DNA of 64,000 bases. It comes from Octopus vulgaris. Lineage: Eukaryota. The notes under the pieces are model-generated. The model was not told where the DNA came from. It ran no database searches and was given only the letters and a program-made list of their open reading frames with translations. The stretch is from contig OX597818.1 of assembly GCA_951406725.2 (NCBI GenBank), positions 114,762,001 through 114,826,000 of the forward strand, read 5' to 3'. This document shows positions 39,837 to 54,075 of this stretch, piece by piece (positions within the stretch are counted from its first letter, which is position 1; the number at the start of each line of letters is the position of its first letter). The position numbers and the translations under genes were made by a program.

Positions 39837-40859
39837 CATACATACTTGCATACCTACGCGCACAAAAATGCATATATATATATACTTGATTGTATATATG
39901 TGTACACATATATAAATACATATATAAGCGCATATATACATTTATAACTGTGTGTATGTATGTATATATATTATATATAACTATATATATAAAAGGGTGT
40001 GTTTGTATGCATGTATGTACGTATATATGTAAGTATTCATTTATGTATGCATGTATGTGTATATGTACGTATGTAAGTGTGCATGTATGTACGTGCGTAC
40101 ATATGCTCGCAAGCGGAAAGAGTCGAAGACATTTGATTTGTAATGGAAGAATGATTGAGAAAAACTTGTTGTTGCACATTTCATAAATTCTACCCACGAG
40201 ACAAACAAGACTAAATGTTATTTATTATTTCATGTCGCATTGTGTTTTCTTCTACAGAACATCAACCATGTTTTACTTAACTGTCAAAAGAGCAGCTCTA
40301 AAGTGGATTAGGTTGAATGTTGAGCTTTGATATGGAAACTAAGAAGTGCCTGTTAAGCCAGCCTACACGCAATCATAATTTATCTACTAAATGTTCATTG
40401 GACATAAAAAGAAACATAAAAATATTTCTATTCAATTAATTTGAATTATACTCTTTTGCTACTCACGGTAAATGGAATTATGTTCCAAGATTTTAGACGT
40501 TACATAACGTCTTGAAAATCACACGGGAATTCAAACCCACTAAGCTATAATTTTATAGAATAATAAATACAAAATGTGTCACGGATCAAAGTAGTTTTGT
40601 TTTTGTTTGTTGGCATTTTCTTTTATGAGATATTGATCGCCAGAACGGTAATGGGTCAAGTGGAAAGGCGTTGGTTCACATTCAGTTACCGGCTTTGAAA
40701 CATCTATAGCCAAAATACTAATAAATCACTTCATACAGCTAAGGCGTAAATAACAGTACTACGACTCTATTAAATGTGTTTGAGCTTACCTCAACTTCAT
40801 TTTGTGTATATAGCTTCAAGCGAAATGATCCCTCCAAAGGTAGTTTATATATAAATATT

Positions 40860-41261
40860 CTTTTCTGCGCTAGGTACAAAGCCGGAAATTTTTTTTTTGT
40901 GGGGGGGTGAGGGGGGTCAATCAGATCGACCCCAGTGCGTAACTAGTACTTAATTTATCGACCCCGAAAGGATGAAAGGTAAAGTCAACCTCGGTAGAAT
41001 TTGAACTCCGTAGCGGCAGACGAAATACCTAATTCTTTACTACCCACAAGGGGCTAAACACAGAGCGGGACACACAAGGACAGACATAGGTATTAAGTCG
41101 ATTACATCGACCCCAGTGCGTAACTGGTACTCAATTTATCGACCCCGAAAGGATGAAAGGCAGAGTCGACCTCGGCGGAATTTGAACTCACAACGTAACG
41201 CAGACGAAATACCGTTAAGCATTTCGCCCGGCGTGCTAACGATGCTGCCAACTCACTTCCT
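40860..41261 (-). mobile_element. SINE family B dimer (long-tail unit plus short-tail unit)
   Basis: Two Meta-like units; imperfect TSD agtttat..ataaatatt. Confidence 0.9.
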
Positions 41262-41293
41262 TAGTTTATCAATAAATATTGCATGTAAACTTT

Positions 41294-41700
41294 AAGGCGG
41301 CAAGCTGACAGAATCGTTAGCACGCCGGGCGAAATGCGTAGCCGTATTTCGTCTGCTGTTACGTTCTGAGTTCAAATTCCGCCGAGGTCGACTTTGCCTT
41401 TCATCCTTTTGGGGTCCATTAAATAAGTACCAGTTACGCACTGGGGTCGATATAATCGACTTAATCCGTTTTGTCTGTCCTTGTTTGTCCTCTCTGCGTT
41501 TAGCCCCTTGTGGGTAGTAAAAAAATAAAAAAATAAATAGTTCATCCATCTTTACGGTCTGAGTTCAAATTCCACCATGGTCGATTTTACCTTTCATCCT
41601 TCGAGGATGATAGAATAAATACCTGTTGAGCACTGGGGTCAATCTAATCGATTTTGCCCCTCCTCCAAAATTGTTTGTCTTGTACAATTTTGAACTAATA
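41294..41700 (+). mobile_element. SINE family B monomer followed by an older B fragment
   Basis: ggcggcaagctgacagaatcgttagc...ccccttgtgggtagtaaa; second fragment from about 41550. Confidence 0.88.
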
Positions 41701-41846
41701 TTATAATTAGACTAAATCTCCAACAATATATCTCCTGCTATAGAGCAATGGCGTTTAGAAACCGTTATATTATACTTGATTTATCATATTATAAGTATAT
41801 CTTATAAACAGATGCTTTCATTGTGACAGACAATATTGCATGATGA

Positions 41847-42233
41847 GTGGAGGCGCAATGGCCCAGTGGTTAGGGCAGCGGACTCGCGGTCATAGGATCG
41901 TGGTTTCGATTCCCAGACCGGGCGTTGTGAGTGTTTATTGAGCGAAAACACCTAAAGCTCCACGAGGCTCCGGCAGGGGATGGTGGTGAACCCTGCTGTA
42001 CTCTTTCACCACAACTTTCTCTCACTCTTACTTCCTGTTTCTGTTGTACCTGTATTTCAAAGGGCCGGCCTTGTCACTCTCTGTGTCACGCTGAATATCC
42101 CCGAGAACTACGTTAAGGGTACACGTGTCTGTGGAGTGCTCAGCCACTTACACGTTAATTTCACGAGCAGGCTGTTCCGTTGATTCGCATCAACCGGAAC
42201 CCTCATCGTCGTAACCGACGGAGTGCTTCCATC
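41847..42233 (+). mobile_element. SINE family C, full length
   Basis: 12-bp TSD attgcatgatga (41835-41846 / 42234-42245); tRNA-like head. Confidence 0.95.
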
Positions 42234-44030
42234 ATTGCATGATGATAAAAGAGATTATTTCAAAATGCCTTCTCAGATCGAAATGAGTATAAGTTTACTG
42301 TTGAAAATTTTGTATTTTACAAACATAAGGTATCGAAGTTATCGTGTTTCTTCCTCCGAGTCGTCTTTCGAGTTTACATTTGGTGTTTCTTTACTAATGC
42401 AGAAACTATGTTAGAATTTGTGGAGGTTTGTGAGTTTGGTGTTTGTTGTTGTCAAACGATTATTGCCTTATATTAGCATTACAAATTGTAATTTTTTTTG
42501 TATTCTTGCCACTGATGCTGACAAAAGCCATTAAACCTGAAAACGCAGGAAAAGTCTCCATTTTATCATTAATTCGACATAATTCTGATTCGCAAAAATT
42601 TATCAACCTGAAAGTGTTGGATGTGTTTCCATTTTCACTAACAATAGAGTTAATTTTCATGGGTAGAAAGCAAAGACGTTAGAGAAAATATATCACTTTA
42701 TTTGATTAGTTCTGCTTTTAGACTTTTGGAGGCGTTGAATTTGTTTTCTGTTGAGCTTTACAGGTATATGTGATATCATTCATATGTATATATTCTTTAT
42801 AGAAGATATATCTTGTGGGATTTTGTTTAAGCAGGTTCACATGTATTTAGGACTGATTTCCTTGGAGTGTTTATTAAATATAGCAAGCTTGTATTTTCAT
42901 TTTTTTAAAAACCGCTGTGCAGCATAAACAATTATGAGTGTAACAAGAAGCTTCAAGATTTGTCATACAACATAGCAAAGAGCGAAGTTTTGATACTCAT
43001 TTTGAGTTAAAGCCTTGGCGTTCAGGGTATGTTTTCTGTTGCGCCAAGGGCATACGTATTTCTACTATGCTCTGTCGTACCAAGAAGACATATCTATCGC
43101 CCCTTCTCCACTGACTTCGTAAGAATAAAATCAATTCTTCGACGCATAAAGATTACTAATAATAGAGTATATTTTCTGTTTCATAAATCTAAGTCTTGTC
43201 CTTAGAATTAAACTAATTTGTTAATTAGCCAGAAGGGAAGACGCAGTACTCTTGACATTTGCAGGTAATTCTTGATCTTTGATATCGATTCAGCTTGATG
43301 TCCAGCTTTAACATCCACATATGACACCTTCCGTAATAATTAGACACAGAAAGAAATTGTACAGATAAACGTAACGTGAAGCAAAGAAATTAAGAAATTA
43401 GTGTTGATTCTAAGGTCAAGTATTTAATAAAGGATCACAACAGTGATGAAATAATAATAGGAGACCGGTGTGGCGGGTTGAACTAGGCTTAGAAGATATG
43501 CTGGGGCCTTATTTCGAAGAAAATACACGCTGTAGAAAAAAAATACAGTAACAATGATCTCTAAATAGATAGATAGATATTAGTGAATGTGTGTACGTAC
43601 ATGTGTGTATAGTATTGTGATTGCTAGTATGTATGTATATAAACATACCTACGTACCTCGTACATTTATGCGTGTACGTTATAAACTTTCACTTTTGTAC
43701 GTGTTTGAATAGGGTTTTAATACATTTGTCAGGTAAATAAACTTAAGTCACAAATTCCGTACTAAAGTTAAATTCAAGCGAAGAATCATTTCTCCACAAA
43801 TAACTTCATTCAATATCAAGAGTAATGCATGCGATATTTCAACGTCTGACATGCAAGTCGAATTTTCCAGACTAAATGTTAGGGTGACTAATACACCATG
43901 ATGACTTTGGAGGGCCAAAAATTCCATATAAATTCAATGGGATTTGGAATGATAGTAACAATGTTTGAATGTCTACAGTAAATGTTTATACTATATACTA
44001 CATTGACTTGAATACCAGTAATCCTCGTAA

Positions 44031-44848
44031 GACGGCGAGCTAGCAGAAACGTTAGTACGCCGGGCGAAATGCTTTGCGATATTTCGTCTGCCGCTACGTT
44101 TTGAGTTCAAATTCCGCCGAGGTCGACTTTGCTTTTCATCCTTTCGGGGTCGATTAAATAAGTACCAGTTACGCACTGGGGTCGATATAATCGACTTAAT
44201 CCGTTTGTCTGTCTCCTCTCTGTGTTTAACCCCTTGTGGGTAGTAAAAAAAATAGGTATTTCGTCTGTCTTTACGTTCTGTGTTCAAGTTCCGCCGAGGT
44301 TGACTTTGCCTTTCATCCTTTCGGGGTCGATAAATCAATTACCAGTTGCGTACTGGGGTCGATGTAATTGACTGGCTCCCTCCCACCAAACTTTTGGGCC
44401 TTGTGCCTTGAGTAGAACAGAATAATTCACGTAAGACGGAGAGCTGGCAGAAACGTTAGCACGCCGGGTGAAAGGCATTGTGGTATTTCGTCTGTCTTCA
44501 AATTCCGATGAGGTCGACTTTGATTTTTATCCTTTTGAGGTCGATATATTAAGTACCAGTCGCGTACTGGGGTCGATGTAATCGACAGGCCCTCTCCCCA
44601 TAAATTTCGGGCCTTGTGCCTAGAGAAGAAAAGAATAATTCTCGTAAGACGGCGAGCTGGCAGAATCGTTAGCACGCCGGGTGAAATGCTTTGCGGTATT
44701 TCGTCTGTCTTTACGTTCTGAGTTCGAGTTCCGCGGAGGTCGACTTTGCCTTTGATCCTTTCGGAGTCGATAGATTAAGTACCAGTTTCGTACCCCTCAC
44801 CAAAATTTCAGGCTTTGTGCTTAGAGTAGAAAAGAATAATTCTCGTAA
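44031..44848 (+). mobile_element. Tandem array of family B SINE units
   Basis: Heads at about 44031, 44435 and 44648, plus an internal restart at about 44256; flank motif taat(t/c)c(t/a)cgtaa repeated four times. Confidence 0.9.
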
Positions 44849-45342
44849 ACACAAATAATATTTATTGAATTTTCAGACGATCCTCAGTCTATTTGCTTGG
44901 CATTCTAGAAATATCTTAACCGACACACTTCCGACCTTAAAAACAAGGAAAGGATATTTGAATAAGCTCGTCTAACATAAACTTCGTCTGAAATGAGTAG
45001 ACGGTCTCAACTAGAATTCTTTTGATCATAAATCTACTCAGTCAGATCTGAATAAAACAACAACAACAAGATAATCAATTGTGTTATATATTATCTACTC
45101 ACTAATTAATCGCCATAGACAAGTAACCAAGCATTATCTACTTAAGTGGAGGAAATATATTGGTTTCTGCTTCAGTAAGTTGTGTGAAGATTTAGATCAT
45201 CCGCAGAAGGAATTACTTTCCAAATACTGTTTCAGCTCTCTCCAACCGTTATTTGTATCTTATTCTGTAACACCTTTACATTTGTGCCAACCAGGCTGCT
45301 AGTAGTCAACGAAATGGCCTTCATATGTTGGTGATTGTGAAG

Positions 45343-45650
45343 TTGCATGGCTTAGTGGTTACGGTATTCGGCTCACGGTTGTGAGTTCAATTCCCGGTGG
45401 AGCGTTGTGTCCTGGAGCAAGACACTTTATTTCATGTGGCTCCAGTCCACTGAGGTGGCAAAGATGAATAGTACCTCTGTATTTGAATGAGCCAGCCTTG
45501 TCACATTCCATGTCACGCTGAATCTTTCTGAGAGTTGCGTTGAGGATACATGTGTCTGTGGTGTGCTCAGCCACTTGCACGCTAATTCCTCGAGATCGCT
45601 GTTCCGTTGAGTGGATCGACTGGAATGCTTGTAATCGTAATCGACGGATA
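45343..45650 (+). mobile_element. Older relative of SINE family C with a clear CORE-like segment
   Basis: gcatggcttagtggtta...gagttcaattccc...gttgtgtcctggagcaagacactt; tail gccttgtcac...gtcacgctgaat...gctcagccacttgcacg. Confidence 0.75.
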
Positions 45651-46195
45651 TTAATTTGATTGATATGCTAGAAACAGAAGACATAAGTTCCACAAATCAA
45701 GCAACACAATTGTAAAAAAAAAAAAAGATAGAATTTGAGAGATACAAAGTTCGATCCTCTATAACAGCTGCTGGCTACATCTCCATCTGTTGGGGCATTT
45801 TAGCCAATTTTCTGAAACTGTTTTCTCAGCTATCCTCCTGCTTTCGAGATTTCCTTCGGTTTTAAATTTAGTATATATAGAATGATGTAGTCCTAAATAT
45901 TGTATACTTGATGGCCAAAATTTGAAAGGCCACCGCTGGAGCATATCTGATCATATATCTGCGGGATGAGAGTTGATCTGGGGGAAACAACTAAAACCTA
46001 GAGGTTCTTATAATGCTGCTGAATAGAATCCAGAAATCCAATTTCTGCAGGATGCAGCGATCTTTTCGTTCATTGTTTTTACAATGGCTGCTTCCCCAAA
46101 ACAGAAAGACACGACCAAGTATTGTTATGCATGAAAGGCTTTCTTCACTTCCTCAAAAGAAAAGGTGAATACCTGTGATTCTTTTCAAGGAAACC

Positions 46196-46427
46196 TAGGC
46201 GAGCTGGCAGAAACGTTAGCACGCCGGGCGAAATGCTTCGCAGTATTTCGTCTGTTGTTACGTTGTGAGTTCAAATTCCGCCGAGGTCGACTTTGCCTTT
46301 CATCCTTTTGGGGTCGATAAATTAAGTACCAGTTGCGCACTGTGGTCGATGTAATCAGCTTAATACCTTTGTCTGTCTTTGTTTGTCCTCTCTGTGTTTA
46401 GCTCCTTGTGCATAGTAAAGAAATAGG
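46196..46427 (+). mobile_element. SINE family B monomer
   Basis: Flanking direct repeat aggaaacctaggc at about 46188 and 46425. Confidence 0.9.
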
Positions 46428-46459
46428 AAACCTAGGCTTATACGAAGAAGCACATGAGT

Positions 46460-46525
<66 letters not shown>

Positions 46526-46629
46526 ATACACACATATATATATATATGCATATATCTACATGTATCAATATATATAAGAATATATTGTATATATTATATA
46601 TATATTATATATATTATGTTGTGTGTGTA

Positions 46630-46674
<45 letters not shown>

Positions 46675-46944
46675 ATGTGTTTTATACCTAATATATAAGC
46701 AAACAACTACTACTGATCTTAATGACCTAACTTAGACGTTGAATAGAAAAAAAAATCTGTTATGGATAAAACCCATTTCCTGCATTATATTTCAGCGTCA
46801 TTTCTATAGTGGACTTGTCAGTGAATTGTTATGTTTAACAACGAGAAAGGTTTCCATTATAAAATGGAAAAAATTGCGATAATTCGGTTTTTCATTTGTC
46901 ACACGTTTCAATGCAACAACTAGTTACAGTCAATTCTATACACG

Positions 46945-46994
<50 letters not shown>

Positions 46995-47365
46995 TCACAT
47001 TTAAAACTATGTGATTTTTTTTATCTAGATAATACGTATTGGAACGTAACTAATGACAGAAAATTCTCCACTAAAGCAATACTAACATATTTAGGGCCTG
47101 TGTTTAGTATATGTCGCAAGTGATAAGTTACAGGTCGTATCCAACTTCAACACCCGTATACACGTCATGAGTTATTAGGAAGTGCGCACCCCGGGGTAAA
47201 GTGACTATAGGCAATGTTACTGGCGATTTGATTTGTGTATTATGTATACAACAGGCATTTATAAATGATAGCCACTTAATAAGTCAGGTGAGATCATACG
47301 CGTAGGTATAACTGTATGCATGTATGTATGATTGTATGTATATATATATGTATACACAGATAGAC

Positions 47366-47426
<61 letters not shown>

Positions 47427-47689
47427 CGTGCGTGTGTGTGTGTGTGTGTAGAGGCGCTTGACTTAGGGTATGTGGTGTTTCACTCTTGATCGTCACGTTA
47501 TGATTTCAAATGCTAGACCTGGCAATGTGTTATACTTTTGACAAAACCAATTCATTTCCCGTTGCACAAGTCCACTCGTCTACCAAATATAAATAATTCT
47601 GCGACGGAATCCAGCAAACAAACCTAATGAGCCTGCGGCCCAGGAAGAGCCTTTGAGCCTTTTCGATATACATACATACATACAGTATC

Positions 47690-48350
47690 GTAGAAGCCAT
47701 AGTCACTCATAATAAAAAGAAATACTGGTGGAATGTCCCAGTGAAGACTTCAATAAAGTGTAAGTACAACAGACCTGATATACAGTTTTGGAAATTAGCT
47801 GCCCAGCGGATGTTAACAGTGAAAAAGACAACGCCTACGCCAAACTATTGAGAAATCTGTAGTCACTCTATCCAGGTTACAAGTTCATGTTTATACCTGT
47901 AATTACTGGGGCCTTAGGATATGTAACACACTGCCTAAATATCAATCTTGAGAAATTAGGCTTCTCAAAAACAAGAAGGGAGAAAGCTAATTCGAAGACT
48001 ATAGATGCAATCCATCACTGGAACTGTAAAAATCAATAAAACTTATCAGAAGATTATCATTTACATATATATCTGCATGTCTAGATATGCAACTATATGC
48101 ATGAAAATACATACATAAAACAAAACATGAAAATCTGTACATATACATACATACACGCATATATACATATATACATACATACACGCATACATACATACAT
48201 ACATACATACATACATACATACATACATACATACATACATACATACAAAAATACCGTTGTTGATGTTGAAATTCCAATGAAGGAGCCTTGGATCTAGGTT
48301 AGAAAGTTCTTTTTCTATTGGCAAGAAATCTTGAAGTAAAACTGAACAAT
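47690..48350 (+). mobile_element. R4/Dong-like RLE LINE 3' fragment with 3' UTR containing (CATA)n
   Basis: YWWNVPVKTSIKCKYNRPDI...VLEISCPADVN...YAKLLRNL*SLYPGYKFMFIPVITGALGYV (RLE PD..E..K region). Confidence 0.88.
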
Positions 48351-48459
48351 GACTTACATTCACGTGTGTTGATATTCTTCTACAACTAGTATTCCTTGGT
48401 TAGTAAACAGAAAACGAAGAAAATAGTTATATGTTTATACGCTAGGATAATTAAGTTAT

Positions 48460-48665
48460 CGATTTGGCAGAATCGTTAGCACGCTGAGCAACATAATTAG
48501 AAGCATTTTTATCTGTCTTTACCTTCTGAGTTCAAATTTCGTCGAGGTCGATGTTGACTTTCATCCTTTCAGAGTCGTTGAAATAAGTACCAGTTGAGAA
48601 CTGGAGTCGATGTATCCACTTGATCTTCGCCTGAAATTACTGGCCTTGTGCCTGAATTTAGAATC
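48460..48665 (+). mobile_element. Old SINE family B copy
   Basis: tggcagaatcgttagcacg...gagttcaaattt...gaggtcgatgttgactttcatcc. Confidence 0.75.
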
Positions 48666-49274
48666 GGTATGCACACACATGATCATTGTTCATTAGAATT
48701 ATATTAACATTTACGAACAGAAGAACCGCTACTGATATTTAATCAAATAAGAGAAAATAATTCTGGTCTTTGATAGAATACGAGTTATGGAAAGAAAAAT
48801 TTAAGAACTACACCTTGTACAGTCAGGAAGTCATTTTCTTATTCGTTCAGAGCATGCGCACAAGAAACTATAGCTAGGAAAATAAAAAAAATTATATTTA
48901 CACTTTGTCGCTATATTGAAAAATACTTTCCTGTTTTCAGATTGTTTTGAACGTTTTCTTTAGTTTCATTTATTCTGCCTGTGTTGCACGTACATACCCA
49001 GGCCAATGAGTTCATTAATAATTTTCAGTACACCTAAGTTATGGCTAAATTTACACGTCCCATTTACATGACTATGACCTTTGGCCAATGATATATATTC
49101 AAAGTATAAAACCAGAGCTAGATTCACCCCATTAGGTGTAATAATTTTTTTCTAAGTATCAATATCCAAAATTAACTTAGAAAGGTGCTCACCAACGGTA
49201 AGCGATATAGAGAGACAGAGGCTAGAAATATGGCATATTCCAGGCTAGAGATGACAAGTGAACAGCCAAAGGAA

Positions 49275-49690
49275 AAGGAAGGTTCGAGTTAGGCTTGGAA
49301 TTGTTCGACGATGCTCACATTTATGGTCTCACTGGATTATTTAACTTAACTACTTTAAATATTAAATTCGGCAACATTAGCTTTCGTCTGTATAGGGACG
49401 ACACATTAGACATATCTAATTACGCAAATAGGTATGTGCTAGAGAGACTGAGGAGGAGATTTTAAACAGTCAATCTCCTTATTGATTTATTTCCGACTCT
49501 GTTAATAAAGTGAGAAGGTTACATTCATTAGCTTAGTATTCTATCATCTATCGCTGGTGTTCAAATAATCTCGTGGAAGACATTAATCATAAGAATCTCT
49601 AACCTATTTCCCAAAAGACAGATCTTCAGCTGGGAAGTCCCTTAGTACGGTGACGCCTTTGAAGACAGCGAACTGAAAGGTAAGGTCATC
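49275..49690 (+). mobile_element. Decayed Penelope-like RT fragment
   Basis: FELGLELFDDAHIYGLTGLF...FRLYRDDTL...ERLRRRF (cf. FDVTMGSxDGAExCELVGL...LYRDDGL) and RISNL...IF...YGDAFEDS. Confidence 0.6.
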
Positions 49691-50703
49691 GATGAAGCCC
49701 TCAAGTTTATATAATAAACAAACGTTTCCCAAAAGAAAAATATTCTAGAGTCATAAAAGTTAAAATCAATACAAAGTTCACAAGTTACAAATGGAAGGTA
49801 AAAGAAAATGACAGTGGCGTTTGACATTAGCTGTAAGTTCGCAGAAAAATCCATACCAAATAATAAATAATAGAAAAGAACATAATTCTAGTAAACTTCA
49901 GAAAACCTGACTTATATCTTAATGTCTAGAAGGAGAACTTAGCACCTGCCTACACGAAAGAAAATTCATGCTTAGACATTCCACACACTTCACACGTCCA
50001 ATTCAACCAGGGATAAGACTATTTCCTAAGTAATTTTTTTACCCATTGTTTTTCCCCAATATAACCTTCTCGTTTTTTTTTTTGTTTCTTTTTACAATTT
50101 CAAGTATATCTCTATTTTCTATCTGACATATTCCTCTAAACATTTTCTGTGAAACCATTTAGAATTCTGTTTCTTTCAAACTTTCACCAGCTTATTTCCC
50201 TTCTGGTTACCACTGACTTCCTCTCTTCTCTACCGCACTCTTCTCTTGTATGTAAGTGTGTGTATTTGTAAGTGTTCTAAGCAGACAGATAACGTGTAAG
50301 GAGACTCCCAGCTCCTACAATCAAGACTGCAACATTTTTCAATATATTAATGCACACACACACACACACACCACTCATAAATACATACATACACTGATGT
50401 TGGGACTCGATTTTGAGTACCATCACTTGTTTGTTTTGTTAAGCGTGAGCAGCATGGATATCCTGTTACGGACATTATTTATACAGTTGTGGAACTGATG
50501 GGCGCCTATCGCAGTAGGTGTTACAATAGTGATTTGGTGAAACTCCATTAGAGAGTGAACAACTGTCGTCATCATTGATGATTTTGCGTATTGCAACAAC
50601 AGCTTTATTTCGGTGGAAAAATGTCTTATATTCAACAACATCCTGCAAATCTTCCTTGACAAAGAGAGTGGTTTATGCTGGATACCTTCAAGGAGAATAT
50701 ATA

Positions 50704-50759
<56 letters not shown>

Positions 50760-51156
50760 TGTGTGTGTGTGCGTAAGAAATTAAAAAAGAAAAATGCACA
50801 TACTTTACATAGATTTAACATAATTTTTAATATATCGACCGGTTTCGCTTTCGCTATTCATGATATTAAGGTTTACATATTTGAACATGCATTTTCTTAA
50901 GAAATTTTTGTCCATGTTGTGAGTGATGATATTTACGAATGAATGATTTCGTAAGTAGAAAAATAAGGAGAGGTAATTGGTATCGTTATTATTGTTATTG
51001 TTGTGAGCAAAGGAGATAACTGTTCAGCTTTCGGTAAGGGGAGGGGAATATATATATACACACAAAATGTCTCGAAAAACTTGTTTAGTGAGGGGATTTA
51101 TGTACAGTGTTGTAATCGTGAATCGAAATATGTATGTGTGTGTATATATATATATT

Positions 51157-51357
51157 AATTCTATAATTATGACTATAATTAAAATTAGGGTCTAGCAAAA
51201 TTTGCTTCACCACATACAGAAATTTAGAAATAGCAATTAAACTACTATTTTCTTATGGTAGTAAAATAGTAGTTTAACTGCTATTTCTAAATTTCGGTTT
51301 GTGGTGAAGCAAATTTTGCTAAACCCTAATTATAATTATAGCCATAATTATAGAATT
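51157..51357. repeat. ~200-bp foldback palindrome (~95-bp arms) between (TA)n tracts
   Basis: aattctataattatg...agcaaaatttgcttcaccac...aaactactatttt versus aaaatagtagttt...gtggtgaagcaaattttgct...cataattatagaatt. Confidence 0.93.
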
Positions 51358-51493
51358 TTTGTATAAGTTTACGGATGATGGTTCTTTTAGCATACCGAAC
51401 TACTTGGTAAAATTATCAATTATTAATTAATTAATTAAATAATTAATTAATTAATTGTACCCTTTATTATTATTATATATATATGTATGTATG

Positions 51494-51572
<79 letters not shown>

Positions 51573-51589
51573 ATATATACATATATATA

Positions 51590-51644
<55 letters not shown>

Positions 51645-51649
51645 GTGTG

Positions 51650-51688
<39 letters not shown>

Positions 51689-52509
51689 ATTTACACGCAC
51701 ACACGCACACACACATACATGCGTAGTTATATCTGAAGGTGTGTGATCTGGTAGTTAATGTGCTCGACACACAATCGATGTGAGACCAGCGATATCTTGT
51801 GTTCAGAAGAAAGCACTTCATTTCACCTTCTTCAAGTGCATTTCGCTGCACCTGCTTAACACGACAGCGGGTTCGCATTCTGTTCTTGCGTGTAAGTTGG
51901 TCTACCAGCGTTGATAGTAGGGTGGCGTCATTCGAAAGCTACAACATTGCGAGGAAGCACAATGTGTGCAGCGGTTTATAGCAATATTCGAAAATCCGGC
52001 CGATGCAGCTGCGTGTAACTACTTATTTTATATACGTATGTCATATGCTATACACACCTAACGACAAACGTACAAATACAAATATATAAATTTATACATA
52101 ATTATATGTATCAAACATATATAAATAGAAAATTACACAAAGCTTTATCCTGGCATAATATATTTAAGCACAAATTGATATCTCTAATAAGATAAGAACT
52201 ATTAGTAGCCATGTAAAAATACTAAATTTGTAATCTATATAAATAATAACAGAAATTATAAAGTCAAAGTATTTATTGGGAATATAGATTAGCAATTTTC
52301 TCTTAATCTTGAAAGACAAATGTTTTCCCATGTTTGCCTTTCTAATGTTTCCCAGCCATCTCTCATTAGGGTAGAAACTTTTTGATTGTTATTAGATTTC
52401 ATTGTATGTATCATATTACGAACTCGAACAATATATCGAAGTATCTTCCAAAATCACACGCATATATGTACGCGTGTGTGTGCATATATACATATGCATG
52501 CCATGTATG

Positions 52510-52575
<66 letters not shown>

Positions 52576-52594
52576 TGTATGTATATATGCATGT

Positions 52595-52640
<46 letters not shown>

Positions 52641-52819
52641 GTATGAATGTATGTCTATATGTATAGATGTGTGTATATATATGTATGTATATACATGTAT
52701 GTATATAGATATATGTAAGCACACAATAAATATATATATATATATGAATGTATACATATATGTATATATATATACACATACACATACACACACATATATA
52801 TACACACATACACACACAC

Positions 52820-52850
<31 letters not shown>

Positions 52851-53830
52851 TATATACAGATATATATATATATATATAAATATATATATACACGCAACAC
52901 AAGTAAATGTGTGCCTGTGTGCGAGAATTTGTATGTGTGTATGAGAGGGTATGTGTGTGAGTCTTTGTGTGTGTGTGTATGTGCTTGTATGTGTGTGAGT
53001 GTTTTTCTGCGTGCGTGCGTGCATTTGTGCCCGATCGATTGTACATGCGTGTATGCATGTATTGGTGTCTATGAATGTCTGTGTGTAATTGGAGAAGTGA
53101 GACGAGAGAAACCACACCGAAATGAGTTCAATTAAGGCCGCGTCGACGTCTAAATTTGCACAGCCAGCCTACGTCGTAAAGCCATTTTTAGTTCAATCAA
53201 AATTTTCAGCTAAATTTGACCATAATGTACAATTTACCTACCCATTAGTAAGATTGAACCAAACGTTTCGTGAAATATATCTCGTTTACACTCTCTCTCT
53301 ATTATCCGCTCCCCTCCTCTCCCATCTCTCTCTTACTCGCTCTCCCTCAGTATAAATACATACGGACATGATAGGTGCGGTAAACGAACCACTCACCCAT
53401 TAGTGTAGATTTCTTAATTACGCATTTTTTAGGAGCAGCGTGGGACAAGCAATAAGCAAACGAGGTCCGAGTCTCGATTTCCAGTACTAAATGAATTCTT
53501 CGGAATTAAAATCCACTGAGATATATATACGACCGTTATTTTCATTCAAATAAAATGTAAGAGCACAGAATTGTTACGAATAATTAGCTTTGTAAATTAC
53601 TTTCATATAACGACTGCCTTTGAGGAGTAAGAGGTGGACAAGGAATGATGGTGGTTTTGAATTTAATTAGAAGCATTTAATTTTAATTAGACCGATATCT
53701 TTGGGAAAATCTTACCTATTTCCGTTTTCTCCATTTCAAAATAATCCATCAACTTTAATTATATTTATTCGCTTAAATTATTTCAACGATTTTTACCTTT
53801 CCCTTCCCCCCTCTCTCTCTCTCACTCTCA

Positions 53831-53865
<35 letters not shown>

Positions 53866-53910
53866 CACACATATATATATGTACGTATATAAATATATAT
53901 GCATATATAA

Positions 53911-53961
<51 letters not shown>

Positions 53962-53999
53962 TGTATGTATGTACGTATATATATATATATATATATATA

Positions 54000-54035
<36 letters not shown>

Positions 54036-54075
54036 CGTGTGTGTGTGTGTGTGTCTGTGTGTGTGTGTGTATATG

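Noticed and set aside
50450-50690. Faint mariner-like peptide (VTI...IIDD...VEKCL); also 51730-52030
   Set aside because: Too decayed to support by eye.
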